Part shown: positions 15,025 to 24,631 of the stretch, one piece after another
Layout: the number at the start of each line of letters is the position of its first letter
How positions within the stretch are numbered: the stretch's first letter is position 1
Origin: Erysipelotrichaceae bacterium MTC7
GTDB taxonomy: Bacteria; Bacillota_I; Bacilli_A; Erysipelotrichales; Erysipelotrichaceae
Assembly: GCA_001695645.1 (NCBI GenBank)
Contig: LVZN01000003.1
Span: 49,992-81,991 of the forward strand
Length of the DNA: 32,000 nucleotides
Reading direction: 5' to 3'
Notes under the pieces: model-generated
Databases searched by the model: none
What the model was told of the DNA's origin: nothing
What the model saw: only the letters and a program-made list of their open reading frames with translations
Translations under genes and position numbers: made by a program

Positions 15025-15618
15025 TTGATAGGATTAGAATATGTTTTAAACCTCTATAACCTTCAACATATAGAACTTGCAGAAAAACTTGGCATAAAAA
15101 AACAAAATATTAACATGTGGGTGAAAGGGCGACAGAACATTCCAAAGAAATATCTACCGGTATTAGAAGAACTCTTTGGTATTGATCAGTTTTACTTTGG
15201 ACGTGAGCTTAGTGAAATTGATCAGTTAGAAATCCAGAAGGAAAAGCTGAAAAGAGATCTGAAGCCTGTAATCAAAAAGCATGAACAGCAGTATTCTTTG
15301 GGAGAGATTAATGATCTTGTTGAAGTTCCCATTTACGATAAAGAAGAAATGAATGCCATCGAACGAGATATTGAAAAAGCAAAACTCATATCTAAGTTTA
15401 AGGCCGCGATGGATGTAGTAGATAATAATCCATACTTGGAGACCTATAAGCTCATTGTTGAACTACTTGAAAAAGTACAGCATGAACCTGTTCTACACAA
15501 AACGATTGAAGCGTTGGCACACTATTACGAAGTCTTACCTGATTGGGTAAGTAGCGAACCAGAACAAGAAGGCTTTGAAGGTGAAATATTTGAAGTCTTT
15601 GATGATCATAACTATTAA
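15025..15618 (+). CDS. XRE-family helix-turn-helix protein with long acidic C-terminal extension
   Basis: HTH segment LQHIELAEKLGIKKQNINMWVKGRQNIP. Start set to TTG 15025, 7 nt after AGGAGG (15012-15017). The track's ATG 14980 lies inside the TATAAT box. 197 aa. C-terminal 130 aa unassigned. Confidence 0.7.
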   Translation: MIGLEYVLNLYNLQHIELAEKLGIKKQNINMWVKGRQNIPKKYLPVLEELFGIDQFYFGRELSEIDQLEIQKEKLKRDLKPVIKKHEQQYSLGEINDLVEVPIYDKEEMNAIERDIEKAKLISKFKAAMDVVDNNPYLETYKLIVELLEKVQHEPVLHKTIEALAHYYEVLPDWVSSEPEQEGFEGEIFEVFDDHNY

Positions 15619-15637
15619 ACATTTGGAGGTAAAATAA

Positions 15638-17161
15638 ATGACTGAGAACACAGGAAATATTGGATTTGAAGAGACGCTTTGGAAAGCGGCTGATAAATTA
15701 AGAGGCAGTATGGATGCCAGTGAATATAAACACGTGGTACTGGGGCTTATCTTCTTGAAGTACATATCCGATAAATTTGAAACAAAATTTGACGCACTTA
15801 TTGAAGAAGGTGCAGGCTTTGAAGAAGACCGAGATGAATACGAAGCAGAGAACATCTTCTGGGTTCCTAAAGAAGCGAGATGGTCTTTTATCAAGGATAA
15901 TGCAAAAGATCCCAAAATCGGTCAGTTTATTGATGATGCCATGATTCTTATTGAAAAAGAGAATACATCCCTAAAGGGTGTACTGGATAAGCGTTATGCA
16001 AGACCCGAAATTGATAAAAGAAGACTGGGAGAACTGATTGACTTAATTTCAACGATAAAGCTTCATCAAAATGGAGAAAAGGACTTACTGGGTAGAGTGT
16101 ATGAGTACTTCCTTGGCCAGTTTGCCAGTGTTGAAGGAAAAGGCGGTGGAGAATTCTATACGCCTACTAGCGTTGTTAAGACCTTAGTTGACATGATTGA
16201 ACCCTACCAAGGCAGAGTTTATGACCCTTGTTGTGGATCCGGCGGTATGTTTGTTCAGAGTGAAAAGTTTGTGGAAGATCATCAAGGTAGAGTTGAAAAT
16301 CTATCCATCTATGGTCAGGAGATGAACTCAACTACATGGAAGCTTTGCAAGATGAACCTAGCTATCAGAGGACTTGATGCCAATCTAGGACCACACCATG
16401 CTGATACTTTCCATCATGATCTTCATAAAACATTAAAGGCAGACTTCATCCTTGCTAATCCACCTTTTAATATTAGTGACTGGGGTGGCAATCAACTTAC
16501 AGATGATGTGAGATGGAAATTTGGTATTCCACCTGCAGGTAATGCGAACTACGCATGGCTTCAGCATATGGTTTATCATCTTGCACCTAATGGAAGCGCT
16601 GGTATTGTTCTTGCTAATGGATCACTAAGCACGAACACTTCAAACGAAGGTGAAATTCGGAAGAATTTATTAGAAGAAGATATGGTCGATGCCATTGTCG
16701 CTCTTCCCGATAAACTGTTCTATTCAACAGGTATTCCCGTATCGCTATGGATACTTAACAGAAACAAGAAGGATAATCCGAAGTACAGATCAAGAGAACA
16801 CGAAGTCCTCTTTATTGATGCACGACAATTGGGAGAAATGATAGATAGAAGACACAGAGAGCTAACAGAGGAAGATATTAGTAAGATTTCTGAAACCTAT
16901 CATGAATGGCGAAATATCGATGGGGAGTATGAAGATATCAAGGGTTTCTGTAAGTCCGCTAGTATCGAAGACATCAGAGAGCATGAATATGTTCTAACAC
17001 CTGGGAGATATGTAGGAATTGAAGATATTGAAGATGATGGTATCCCATTCGACGAAAAAATGGAGAGTATGACAGCAGAGTTAGCAGAACTCTTTGCTAA
17101 ATCCCGACACCTAGAAGAAGAGATTAGAAAAAATCTTGGGGGTATTGGGTATGATTTTTAA
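15638..17161 (+). CDS. hsdM: Type I restriction-modification system methyltransferase subunit
   Basis: HsdM N-terminal domain ([35 protein letters not shown]), AdoMet motif [10 protein letters not shown], catalytic NPPF ([11 protein letters not shown]). SD GGAGG. Confidence 0.95.
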   Translation: MTENTGNIGFEETLWKAADKLRGSMDASEYKHVVLGLIFLKYISDKFETKFDALIEEGAGFEEDRDEYEAENIFWVPKEARWSFIKDNAKDPKIGQFIDDAMILIEKENTSLKGVLDKRYARPEIDKRRLGELIDLISTIKLHQNGEKDLLGRVYEYFLGQFASVEGKGGGEFYTPTSVVKTLVDMIEPYQGRVYDPCCGSGGMFVQSEKFVEDHQGRVENLSIYGQEMNSTTWKLCKMNLAIRGLDANLGPHHADTFHHDLHKTLKADFILANPPFNISDWGGNQLTDDVRWKFGIPPAGNANYAWLQHMVYHLAPNGSAGIVLANGSLSTNTSNEGEIRKNLLEEDMVDAIVALPDKLFYSTGIPVSLWILNRNKKDNPKYRSREHEVLFIDARQLGEMIDRRHRELTEEDISKISETYHEWRNIDGEYEDIKGFCKSASIEDIREHEYVLTPGRYVGIEDIEDDGIPFDEKMESMTAELAELFAKSRHLEEEIRKNLGGIGYDF

Positions 17162-18296
17162 TGAGTGGAAGACGGTCAAGGTCGGAGAAACTATTATTTC
17201 TTCGAATACAGGCTTGGATGCAATAAAAAGAGCTCCTATAGTAGATTATAACAGCGGAATTAAATGTTTAAGGATACAAGATATTTCACAAAATAAGAAT
17301 TTTGAAGATTGGGGATATTGTCTAGTTGAGGAGAAGAATTTTAAAAAATTTCAATTAGTAAAGGGGGATATTATTGTTGCAAGAACAGGAGCAACAATTG
17401 GTGTTAATAGACTGATAAAGCAAAATCTAAAAGCTGTGTACAACAATGGCTTAATTCGTATTAAAAGTAATGCGGATATAATCAATACTGATTACTTGTA
17501 TTATAATTTGCAAAGTCATAAGTACAAAGGTCATATTCAGGCAATTTCTGGTGGAACTTCAACTCAACCTAATATGAAAATGAATGCACTTTTGGATTAT
17601 GAAATAAAGCTTCCTTCTCTAAATGAACAAAAATCAATAGCCCATATCCTCTCAACTCTAGATGATAAAATCGAAGTCAACAACCAGATTAACAAAACCC
17701 TTGAGAATATGGCGCAGGCATATTTTGATGATATGTTTCCAAATGTAGCTGCAGGAGATACAACAATAGGTGAGTACATTACACCGAAACGTGGCAAGAA
17801 TTTGCTTTCTAAAGACGCAATTAGTGGAGAAGTTCCTGTTATTGCAGGAGGTCTTTCACCGGCCACATACCATAATGTATCAAATACTCAATCACCCGTT
17901 ATTACTATCTCTGCTTCTGGCGCAAATGCTGGTTTTGTTAATCTTTGGACTGTTCCTGTTTGGTCATCTGATTCTTCATTTATCGATTATGGAATGACTA
18001 AAGATGTTTATTTTTGGTATGTAATGCTCAAGAAGCGTCAAAAGGAAATTTATGACTCTCAAACAGGGTCAGCACAGCCACACATATACCCAAAGCATAT
18101 TACAATTATGCCGACTATTAAACTTAACGTTGATGAAATCAACTTATATACTAAACGAGTCACACCTTTGTTTAAAAAAATTGCAAATAATTTATATGAA
18201 ATCTCGAAACTACAGTTAATCCGTGACACGTTGTTACCCAAACTTATGTCTGGAGAAATCAGAGTTCCTCTTGACGAAGAAGGTGCTGTATCGTGA
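17151..18296 (+). CDS. hsdS: Type I restriction-modification system specificity subunit
   Basis: Two variable target-recognition halves. They are separated by the conserved central helix [39 protein letters not shown] and end in the matching C-terminal helix [22 protein letters not shown] 17151 overlaps hsdM by 11 nt. Confidence 0.9.
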   Translation: MIFNEWKTVKVGETIISSNTGLDAIKRAPIVDYNSGIKCLRIQDISQNKNFEDWGYCLVEEKNFKKFQLVKGDIIVARTGATIGVNRLIKQNLKAVYNNGLIRIKSNADIINTDYLYYNLQSHKYKGHIQAISGGTSTQPNMKMNALLDYEIKLPSLNEQKSIAHILSTLDDKIEVNNQINKTLENMAQAYFDDMFPNVAAGDTTIGEYITPKRGKNLLSKDAISGEVPVIAGGLSPATYHNVSNTQSPVITISASGANAGFVNLWTVPVWSSDSSFIDYGMTKDVYFWYVMLKKRQKEIYDSQTGSAQPHIYPKHITIMPTIKLNVDEINLYTKRVTPLFKKIANNLYEISKLQLIRDTLLPKLMSGEIRVPLDEEGAVS

Positions 18297-18496
18297 AGTT
18301 TGGATTTAGAAAACCAAGCTTAAAGAGAAGAATCTCTGCAAGAACTAGCATCAAAAGGCAGGTAGTGCACCGAGCAGGGATAAAGATGCCGCGGGGATAT
18401 GGATTTCTGAGGAATCCCAAGAAAGCAGTTTACAACAAAGTATACAATCGGACATCCTTTGATATATTCAAGACACTAAAAAAGCTGTTCAAATAA
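18293..18496 (+). CDS. 67-aa highly basic protein of unknown function, coupled to hsdS
   Basis: GTG start forms a GTGA overlap with the hsdS stop. 12 Lys + 9 Arg versus 1 acidic residue. Sequence KPSLKRRISARTSIKRQV...PRGYGFLRNPKKAVYNKVYNRTS resembles a recurrent small basic motif I recall from hypothetical proteins in Firmicutes mobile or defence loci (memory only). Confidence 0.5.
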   Translation: MKFGFRKPSLKRRISARTSIKRQVVHRAGIKMPRGYGFLRNPKKAVYNKVYNRTSFDIFKTLKKLFK

Positions 18497-18616
18497 TAAC
18501 TCATTCAAGGTTAATTTGTTGAATGGAGAAGTGGAGGTGCGGGGTGATCAATAAAACAATAGAAATAAATCAAATGACTACTTTAGAAATTAGAGATTGT
18601 CTGGGAGGTGGTAGTG

Positions 18617-21600
18617 ATGAGTAGTGTGAATGGTATTTTTACAGAAGCGATGCTTGAAGAAGCAGCGATAGAAATTTTAGAAAATATGGGCTATGAATAT
18701 GCCTTTGGCCCGGATATTTCTTTGGGTGGAGACTATGAAGAGCGAAAAGATTATCGTGAGGTAATTCTTTCATCTAGAGTGAAAGACGCACTCTTTAAGA
18801 TCAATCGAGATCTTCCAAGAGAGGCCCTTGAGGATGCCTATCGTCAACTGATTACATTCAATAGTCCCATGCTCGAAGAAAACAATCGCTATTTTCATCA
18901 GTTAATGACAGAAGGGATAGAAGTATCCTTTAATGAAGGTGGACAGATTCGCACCAAAAGAGCTTATATTATAGACTTTGAAAATATAAGAAATAATGAA
19001 TTTGTGGTTGTCAATCAATTTACTATTATAGAAAATGAAGAAAGAAGACCGGACCTTATCGTCTTTGTGAATGGACTGCCACTTGTGGTCATTGAGTTAA
19101 AGTCTGCGAGTGATGAAAATGTAGGGATTGAGGGTGCCTATAATCAGATTCAGACTTACAAGAGAGATATTCCTTCGCTATTTAATTACAATGCTTTTTG
19201 TGTAATCTCAGATGGAATCAATGCAAAAGCTGGAACTATTACTTCCAATGAAGAGTGGTTCATGAACTGGAGAACCGTTGATGGCGAGAATATTGCACCT
19301 TTATCTGAGCCTCAGTATGAAGTGCTGTTGGGTGGCATGTTCCAAAGAGAAAGATTATTAGATATTATTCAAAACTTCATTCTTTTCCAGGAGTCGAAAG
19401 AAGCGGAGAAGGATTTTGAAGGCAAGAAAATAGGGGATAAAAAATCCATCATTAAAATTCTAGCAGCCTATCATCAGTACTTTGCTGTTAAGAAAGCGAT
19501 TGAAAAAACAAAAGAAGCGACAAAGGAAGACGGCGATCGTAAGATCGGTGTTGTTTGGCATACACAAGGTTCGGGAAAGAGCTTTTCTATGGTGTTTTAT
19601 ACCGGGGGCCTTGTGAGAGAACTTAATAATCCAACCATCGTGGTTATAACGGATAGAAATGACCTGGATGATCAACTGTTTACAACCTTCAGTAAATCAA
19701 AAGATATCCTGCGTCAGACACCAAAACAAGCAACGATAAGAAAACTCTCAGACAACCAAAGAACGAATTATGTGGGTGGGAATAGTACCGAAGTGAACGG
19801 GCTTTATGACCTCTTAAATGAAAGGGAGTCCGGAGGGATTATTTTTACGACCATACAAAAGTTCAAACCAGAAGATGGCGAGATGCCGGTACTCACCGAT
19901 CGGAAGAATGTCATCATCATTGCCGATGAAGCCCACAGAAGCCAATATGGATTAGAGGCCAAAGTAGATGCTAAAACCGGTGAAGTGAACTATGGCTATG
20001 CGAAATACCTCAGAGACGCACTACCTAATGCCTCTTTTATTGGTTTTACAGGGACACCGATTGATCTGGAAGATCGATCAACGGTAGCCATATTTGGTCA
20101 TACCATTGATACCTATGACATGACCCAAGCGGTAGAAGATGAGGCAACGGTTCGAATTTATTATGAAAACCGCATCATTAAACTGGAAACAGATGAAGAA
20201 GAGCTGACAAAAATTGATGATGAATTTGAAGAAATCACAGAAGGTCAAGAAGAATTTGAGAAGGATAAAAACAGAGCCAAATGGTCCAGAATGGAATCCA
20301 TTGTGGGTTCTCCAAACAGAGTCAAAAAGCTTGCTGAAGATATAGTAAATCACTACGAAGAAAAAGCGAAGAGTATCGATGGCAAGGCTATGGTTGTATG
20401 CATGAGTCGCAGAATCTGTGTTGATCTTTATGAGGCGATAACAGCACTGAGACCTGATTGGCATCATGATGATATTGATAAAGGGAAAATCAAAGTTGTT
20501 ATGACTGGTAGTGCAGCAGATAATGAAAAGCTTCAGAAGCATTTAGGTGGCAAACAGCGTAGAGACCTGCTTGCGAAACGCATGAAGGACAATAGTGACG
20601 AACTTAAAATAGTAATTGTGAGAGATATGTGGCTCACTGGGTTTGATGTGCCGTCCATGCATACCATGTATATTGACAAACCTATGAAAGGTCATAACCT
20701 GATGCAAGCCATTGCAAGGGTTAATCGCGTCTTTAAAGAAAAATCTGGCGGTGTAGTGGTTGACTATATCGGAATTTTAGAAAGCTTAAAGAGCGCACTA
20801 AAACAATATACCAATACGGATCGACAAAATACCGGTATTGATACGGACGTTGCGGTTGCTGTCATGCTTGAAAAACTGGAAATCTTAAGAGACATGATGC
20901 ACGGGTACGATTACTCGAAGTACATGGGGAATTCTCAAGTGGAAAGAATGAGAACTATTGTAGGTGGTATGGACTTCATTCTCGGAAAGAAAGAAGAAGA
21001 ACAAAAGGAATTTAAAAAGATAGCTCTTGAATTAGGAAAGGCTCATGCACTATGTGCGGCAACGGATAAGGGGAAAGAAAAGGCTCTTGAAGTTAGCTAT
21101 TTTAAAGCAGTTAAAGCCAGTCTTGTCAAGTTGAAGGAAAAAGAGAAAACACCTTTATCAAAAAGAGAAATTGAAGCAAGACTTCATCAAATGCTGGAAC
21201 GCTCCATCATCTCAGAAGATGTTATTGATGTATTTGATGCCATGGGAATCAAAAGGCCGGAGATCTCAATCCTTTCTGAAGAGTTCTTAAAAGAAGTTCA
21301 GGGAATGAAGCAGAAGAACTTAGCTGTAGAAATGCTTAAGAAATTATTAGAAGGCAACATCAAAGCTATGGAAAAGAGAAACCTCGTGAAATCAGAGAAG
21401 TTCTCTGAAAGGCTGACAAAGGCTCTAAACAAGTATCGAAACCAAGCACTTACAAATGCTGAAGTGATTGAAGAACTTATTCGAATGGCCCATGACATTA
21501 AAAAGATGCGTGAGGAAGAGGCTGAACTGGGTCTAAGCGACGATGAAATTGCTTTTTATGATGCACTGACAGCGGATGATATCGTTAAAGAACTCATGGA

Positions 21601-21889
21601 AGATGAAACGCTTAAGAAAATCGCTCATGAATTAACTTTGGCTATAAGAAATAATATCACCATTGATTGGAGCGTTCGAAAAAGTGCAAGAGCGAGCATG
21701 AGACGTGTAATTAAGAGGCTTCTTAGCAAGTATGACTATCCACCAGATCAAGCATTAAAAGCGATGAATATTGTCATGAGGCAAGCAGAGAAAATGGCTG
21801 GAAATGTTTATGAAGAAGTTATCTGGTCCGACAGAGTTGCAGAAGAGCCTGGGAAATTCACAACGGTTGATGAAAGGAATGAAGAATAA
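18617..21889 (+). CDS. hsdR: Type I restriction endonuclease subunit R
   Basis: N-terminal PD-(D/E)xK nuclease motif ([20 protein letters not shown]). SF2 motor motifs [32 protein letters not shown]. Long helical C-terminal region. ATG 18617 is 8 nt after GGGAGG (18603-18608). Confidence 0.95.
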   Translation: MSSVNGIFTEAMLEEAAIEILENMGYEYAFGPDISLGGDYEERKDYREVILSSRVKDALFKINRDLPREALEDAYRQLITFNSPMLEENNRYFHQLMTEGIEVSFNEGGQIRTKRAYIIDFENIRNNEFVVVNQFTIIENEERRPDLIVFVNGLPLVVIELKSASDENVGIEGAYNQIQTYKRDIPSLFNYNAFCVISDGINAKAGTITSNEEWFMNWRTVDGENIAPLSEPQYEVLLGGMFQRERLLDIIQNFILFQESKEAEKDFEGKKIGDKKSIIKILAAYHQYFAVKKAIEKTKEATKEDGDRKIGVVWHTQGSGKSFSMVFYTGGLVRELNNPTIVVITDRNDLDDQLFTTFSKSKDILRQTPKQATIRKLSDNQRTNYVGGNSTEVNGLYDLLNERESGGIIFTTIQKFKPEDGEMPVLTDRKNVIIIADEAHRSQYGLEAKVDAKTGEVNYGYAKYLRDALPNASFIGFTGTPIDLEDRSTVAIFGHTIDTYDMTQAVEDEATVRIYYENRIIKLETDEEELTKIDDEFEEITEGQEEFEKDKNRAKWSRMESIVGSPNRVKKLAEDIVNHYEEKAKSIDGKAMVVCMSRRICVDLYEAITALRPDWHHDDIDKGKIKVVMTGSAADNEKLQKHLGGKQRRDLLAKRMKDNSDELKIVIVRDMWLTGFDVPSMHTMYIDKPMKGHNLMQAIARVNRVFKEKSGGVVVDYIGILESLKSALKQYTNTDRQNTGIDTDVAVAVMLEKLEILRDMMHGYDYSKYMGNSQVERMRTIVGGMDFILGKKEEEQKEFKKIALELGKAHALCAATDKGKEKALEVSYFKAVKASLVKLKEKEKTPLSKREIEARLHQMLERSIISEDVIDVFDAMGIKRPEISILSEEFLKEVQGMKQKNLAVEMLKKLLEGNIKAMEKRNLVKSEKFSERLTKALNKYRNQALTNAEVIEELIRMAHDIKKMREEEAELGLSDDEIAFYDALTADDIVKELMEDETLKKIAHELTLAIRNNITIDWSVRKSARASMRRVIKRLLSKYDYPPDQALKAMNIVMRQAEKMAGNVYEEVIWSDRVAEEPGKFTTVDERNEE

Positions 21890-22110
21890 TGGCAGAAATA
21901 AAATATGAAATCAAAGAAACCGTGGCTACACTTTCAGAAAACAATAAAGGTTGGTCAAAGGAGCTGAATTTAATCAGCTGGAATGACAGGGAACCTAAAT
22001 ATGACATCAGAGATTGGGCACCTGAACATGAGAAGATGGGCAAAGGTGTAACCTTAAGCGTAGAAGAACTTAAAAAGCTTAGGGAGATACTGAATGAAAT
22101 GGAACTTTAG
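21889..22110 (+). CDS. YdbC/PC4-like single-stranded-DNA-binding protein (DUF2128 type)
   Basis: 73 aa. SENNKGWSKELNLISWNDREPKYDIRDWAPEHEKMGKGVTLS is collinear with my recollection of Lactococcus YdbC. Its ATG shares the A with the hsdR TAA stop (TAATG). Confidence 0.8.
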   Translation: MAEIKYEIKETVATLSENNKGWSKELNLISWNDREPKYDIRDWAPEHEKMGKGVTLSVEELKKLREILNEMEL

Positions 22111-22122
22111 GGAGGTTGAGAT

Positions 22123-23112
22123 ATGTACAGTATTAAGGGGAAACAAGCTGCCAGGATTGAACCGGTCACTTTTTCAGAACTGAATATGACTGAAAATGAT
22201 ATAGAGGAAGTTTTAAGAAACAGTATTGATATGATCTGTGATGAAGAAGAATCTATGCTCATTGTCGGTAGACAAGTTAGAAATGAGAAGAATGGAAGAA
22301 GTGATTTGACCGCAGTCGATAACAACGGAAATATTGTACTAATTGAAATTAAGAGGGACCGAAAAGATATTGAACATCGCAAAGAAGCTTTTGAATTTCA
22401 AGCAATAAGATATGCAGCTAGTTATGCAACAATAGATAAAATCGATGATTTAGTGAAAAAAGTTTACGCTCCATACATTGAAAAATATAGAAGTGAGTTT
22501 GAACCGGGAGAGTTAACCTCATTTGAACTTGGTATTCGTAAGTTAAATGAGTTCCTTCAGGTGAATGATGCACAGAAGAACTTCAATGAAAAGCAAAGGA
22601 TCATCTTGGTGGCGTCTGATTTTGATGAGCAGACATTGTCGGCAGTTGCGTGGCTTAATAGCAATAATGTTGATATGAGTTGCTATAGATTAACTCCGTA
22701 CAAGCTGAATGAAGATATATTTTTCTATGTAGAAAAGCTACTTCCGGTTACCAATTACGATGATTATTATGTGAACTTGATGGACAAGTCGGCTGTCACA
22801 ACAGTAACTGGAGATAAGAAAATCACACGAAGATCACTGCCTAAAATTGACTTAATGCTTGAATGGGGTGTGGTTAAAGAAGGCGACATCATTGTTGCTA
22901 AAGGTAGAGAAGATGAAGGAAGGCTTCTATCCAATGGTAATGTAATGGTCAATGGTGAAGAAAAGTCGATGCAAGCATGGCTGAAGGAAGTTTATGGATG
23001 GTCTAGCGTTCAGACTTATGTTTTTGCGGTACACAAAGAAACTGGCAAAACGCTGTCTCAGATTCGTGAAGAGTATATGGCACAAAAGGAGACAGAGAAT
23101 ACTGAAATATAG
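22123..23112 (+). CDS. NucS/DUF91-like PD-(D/E)xK nuclease-fold protein with unassigned C-terminal domain
   Basis: 329 aa, SD GGGAGG 12 nt after ydbC-like stop. Intact D-x13-E-x-K (GRSDLTAVDNNGNIVLIEIKRD) followed by QAIRYAA, then RIILVASDF strand, as in NucS-like endonucleases. Residues about 235-329 (GDIIVAKGREDEGRLLSNGNVMVNGEEKSMQAWLKEVYGW...) have no motif I can name. Confidence 0.6.
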   Translation: MYSIKGKQAARIEPVTFSELNMTENDIEEVLRNSIDMICDEEESMLIVGRQVRNEKNGRSDLTAVDNNGNIVLIEIKRDRKDIEHRKEAFEFQAIRYAASYATIDKIDDLVKKVYAPYIEKYRSEFEPGELTSFELGIRKLNEFLQVNDAQKNFNEKQRIILVASDFDEQTLSAVAWLNSNNVDMSCYRLTPYKLNEDIFFYVEKLLPVTNYDDYYVNLMDKSAVTTVTGDKKITRRSLPKIDLMLEWGVVKEGDIIVAKGREDEGRLLSNGNVMVNGEEKSMQAWLKEVYGWSSVQTYVFAVHKETGKTLSQIREEYMAQKETENTEI

Positions 23113-23168
23113 AAAACAAGCAACTGCTTAGTGAGAAATTATTAATTTTAAAAAGGGGAGGCATCGCA

Positions 23169-24629
23169 ATGAAACGATTATGTTTTGGTACACTTATGAG
23201 CATATTGTATCAAGCTCGCAACCAAAAGGTTACGAATAATTTGTTGTGCGATGCAATCTTTTCATCATATGCCCAATCAATAGAGCTTCGAGATGGTTCT
23301 CTTCCAGGACACCTTAAAAGTGGCCGTGACAATGTACCACCAGATGTTATTGATGCTGCTCGGAATACATCTTTTGAAGATGCAGAAAAAGTATTTCAAA
23401 CTAAAGTGATTTCATTGATCAAAGATAGTAAACGTGAATCGGTAGTCCGTGCTATTAAAGACGTTTTGCGAGAGGATACAACAATTCAAGATCATACAGT
23501 GGTTGGGTATATTAATGGCTATGAAAAAAATAATATCTTAATTAATTCTACATTCAGTTTATCTGCTCTTTTGGCATCGGTATTTTACTTTGCCATAATT
23601 GAAGTTAAAAATCAAGAATGTAAAGACGCAATAAAAGGAATTGACAAAAAATATGTAGAGTCTTTTGAATCATCATCGGAACCTGTATATTTTGAAAGAG
23701 CAAAAGCGGATGTACACTTACCTTTGCAGAAAACGCTTCATGATCCAGTATTTGACCGTGTATTTAATCAAGTATCCTCGCTAACTATATCCGGTCTTGC
23801 TAACCCATCAAATGTAAAAATTTATGGCGTTGATGTAAATAACTGCAAATTTAAGTTCAAATCATTAAAAGAATATCTTGTAGATAACATTGGAAGTTAT
23901 GTGTTTTCTAGAGCAAAAGCTAATAGATATACTAGTTCGGGTAAAAGTGCATCCATCGGAGCACAGGCATTAATTAGATTCATGCAAGCTTATGGAACGT
24001 GTGCTGAAACTATTCTTGGAGAGATGCTCTTATATGTTTTTATGGAGCAGGAGCTCAATGCTCCAAAGATAATGAGTAAGATCGAAATAGATGATCTCGG
24101 AGGGATGAGCTGCAGTAAAAGTGATGGTGTTCATCTTTTAGCGGTAGAAAATAATGGCCAATTATTTCATCAGCTTGTATTTGGTGCATCCGATATTTAT
24201 GGTGATTTGACAGCCAGCATAGATAGAGCCTTTGATAAAATTATTGATATTGAAAATAATAGTGATATTGAATTGAAGATGGTTGAAAACACTACGCATA
24301 ATAATATTTATGATCCCGATACCACTAATTATATGATAGATCTTTTGCTACCGAAAAAATCCAATGTTCCTAAGCCCGATATGGCATACGGAGTTTTTCT
24401 TGGATATACTCTTTCTTTGGATTATAAGGAAACCGATAATAATAAATATCGTACTGCAGTAAAGACTCAAATGCAAAATGATATTGTTTCATTACAGCCA
24501 TATATTGAGAAGAAGATTCGTGACAATGGTTTATCTGGATATAATTTTTATTTATTTGTTGTACCGTTTAATGACGCCCCAACTGAGAAAAACAGCATTA
24601 TTTCAGAGATGCTAAGTGGGAGGTATTGA
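23169..24629 (+). CDS. hamA: DUF1837/HamA-like protein (Hachiman component A), atypically long
   Basis: 486 aa, SD AAGGGGAGG. Central-to-C-terminal core GEMLLYVFMEQELNAPKIMSKIEIDDLGGMSCSKSDGVHLL...LVFGASDIYGDLTASIDRAF matches my memory of the DUF1837 layout. Stop is 2 nt before an SF2 helicase gene. Family call rests on motif memory plus gene pairing. Confidence 0.65.
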   Translation: MKRLCFGTLMSILYQARNQKVTNNLLCDAIFSSYAQSIELRDGSLPGHLKSGRDNVPPDVIDAARNTSFEDAEKVFQTKVISLIKDSKRESVVRAIKDVLREDTTIQDHTVVGYINGYEKNNILINSTFSLSALLASVFYFAIIEVKNQECKDAIKGIDKKYVESFESSSEPVYFERAKADVHLPLQKTLHDPVFDRVFNQVSSLTISGLANPSNVKIYGVDVNNCKFKFKSLKEYLVDNIGSYVFSRAKANRYTSSGKSASIGAQALIRFMQAYGTCAETILGEMLLYVFMEQELNAPKIMSKIEIDDLGGMSCSKSDGVHLLAVENNGQLFHQLVFGASDIYGDLTASIDRAFDKIIDIENNSDIELKMVENTTHNNIYDPDTTNYMIDLLLPKKSNVPKPDMAYGVFLGYTLSLDYKETDNNKYRTAVKTQMQNDIVSLQPYIEKKIRDNGLSGYNFYLFVVPFNDAPTEKNSIISEMLSGRY

Positions 24630-24631
24630 TT

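Noticed and set aside
17770-17997. 75-aa + strand ORF in an alternative frame inside hsdS.
   Set aside because: Embedded in the second target-recognition domain of hsdS. The Leu-rich low-complexity product has no SD. No evidence for overlapping coding.
17151-18296. Phase-variable or shufflon-type hsdS (extra hsdS fragments, inverted repeats, nearby recombinase).
   Set aside because: Only one hsdS is present. I saw no duplicated conserved-helix sequences in inverted orientation and no recombinase gene in the window.
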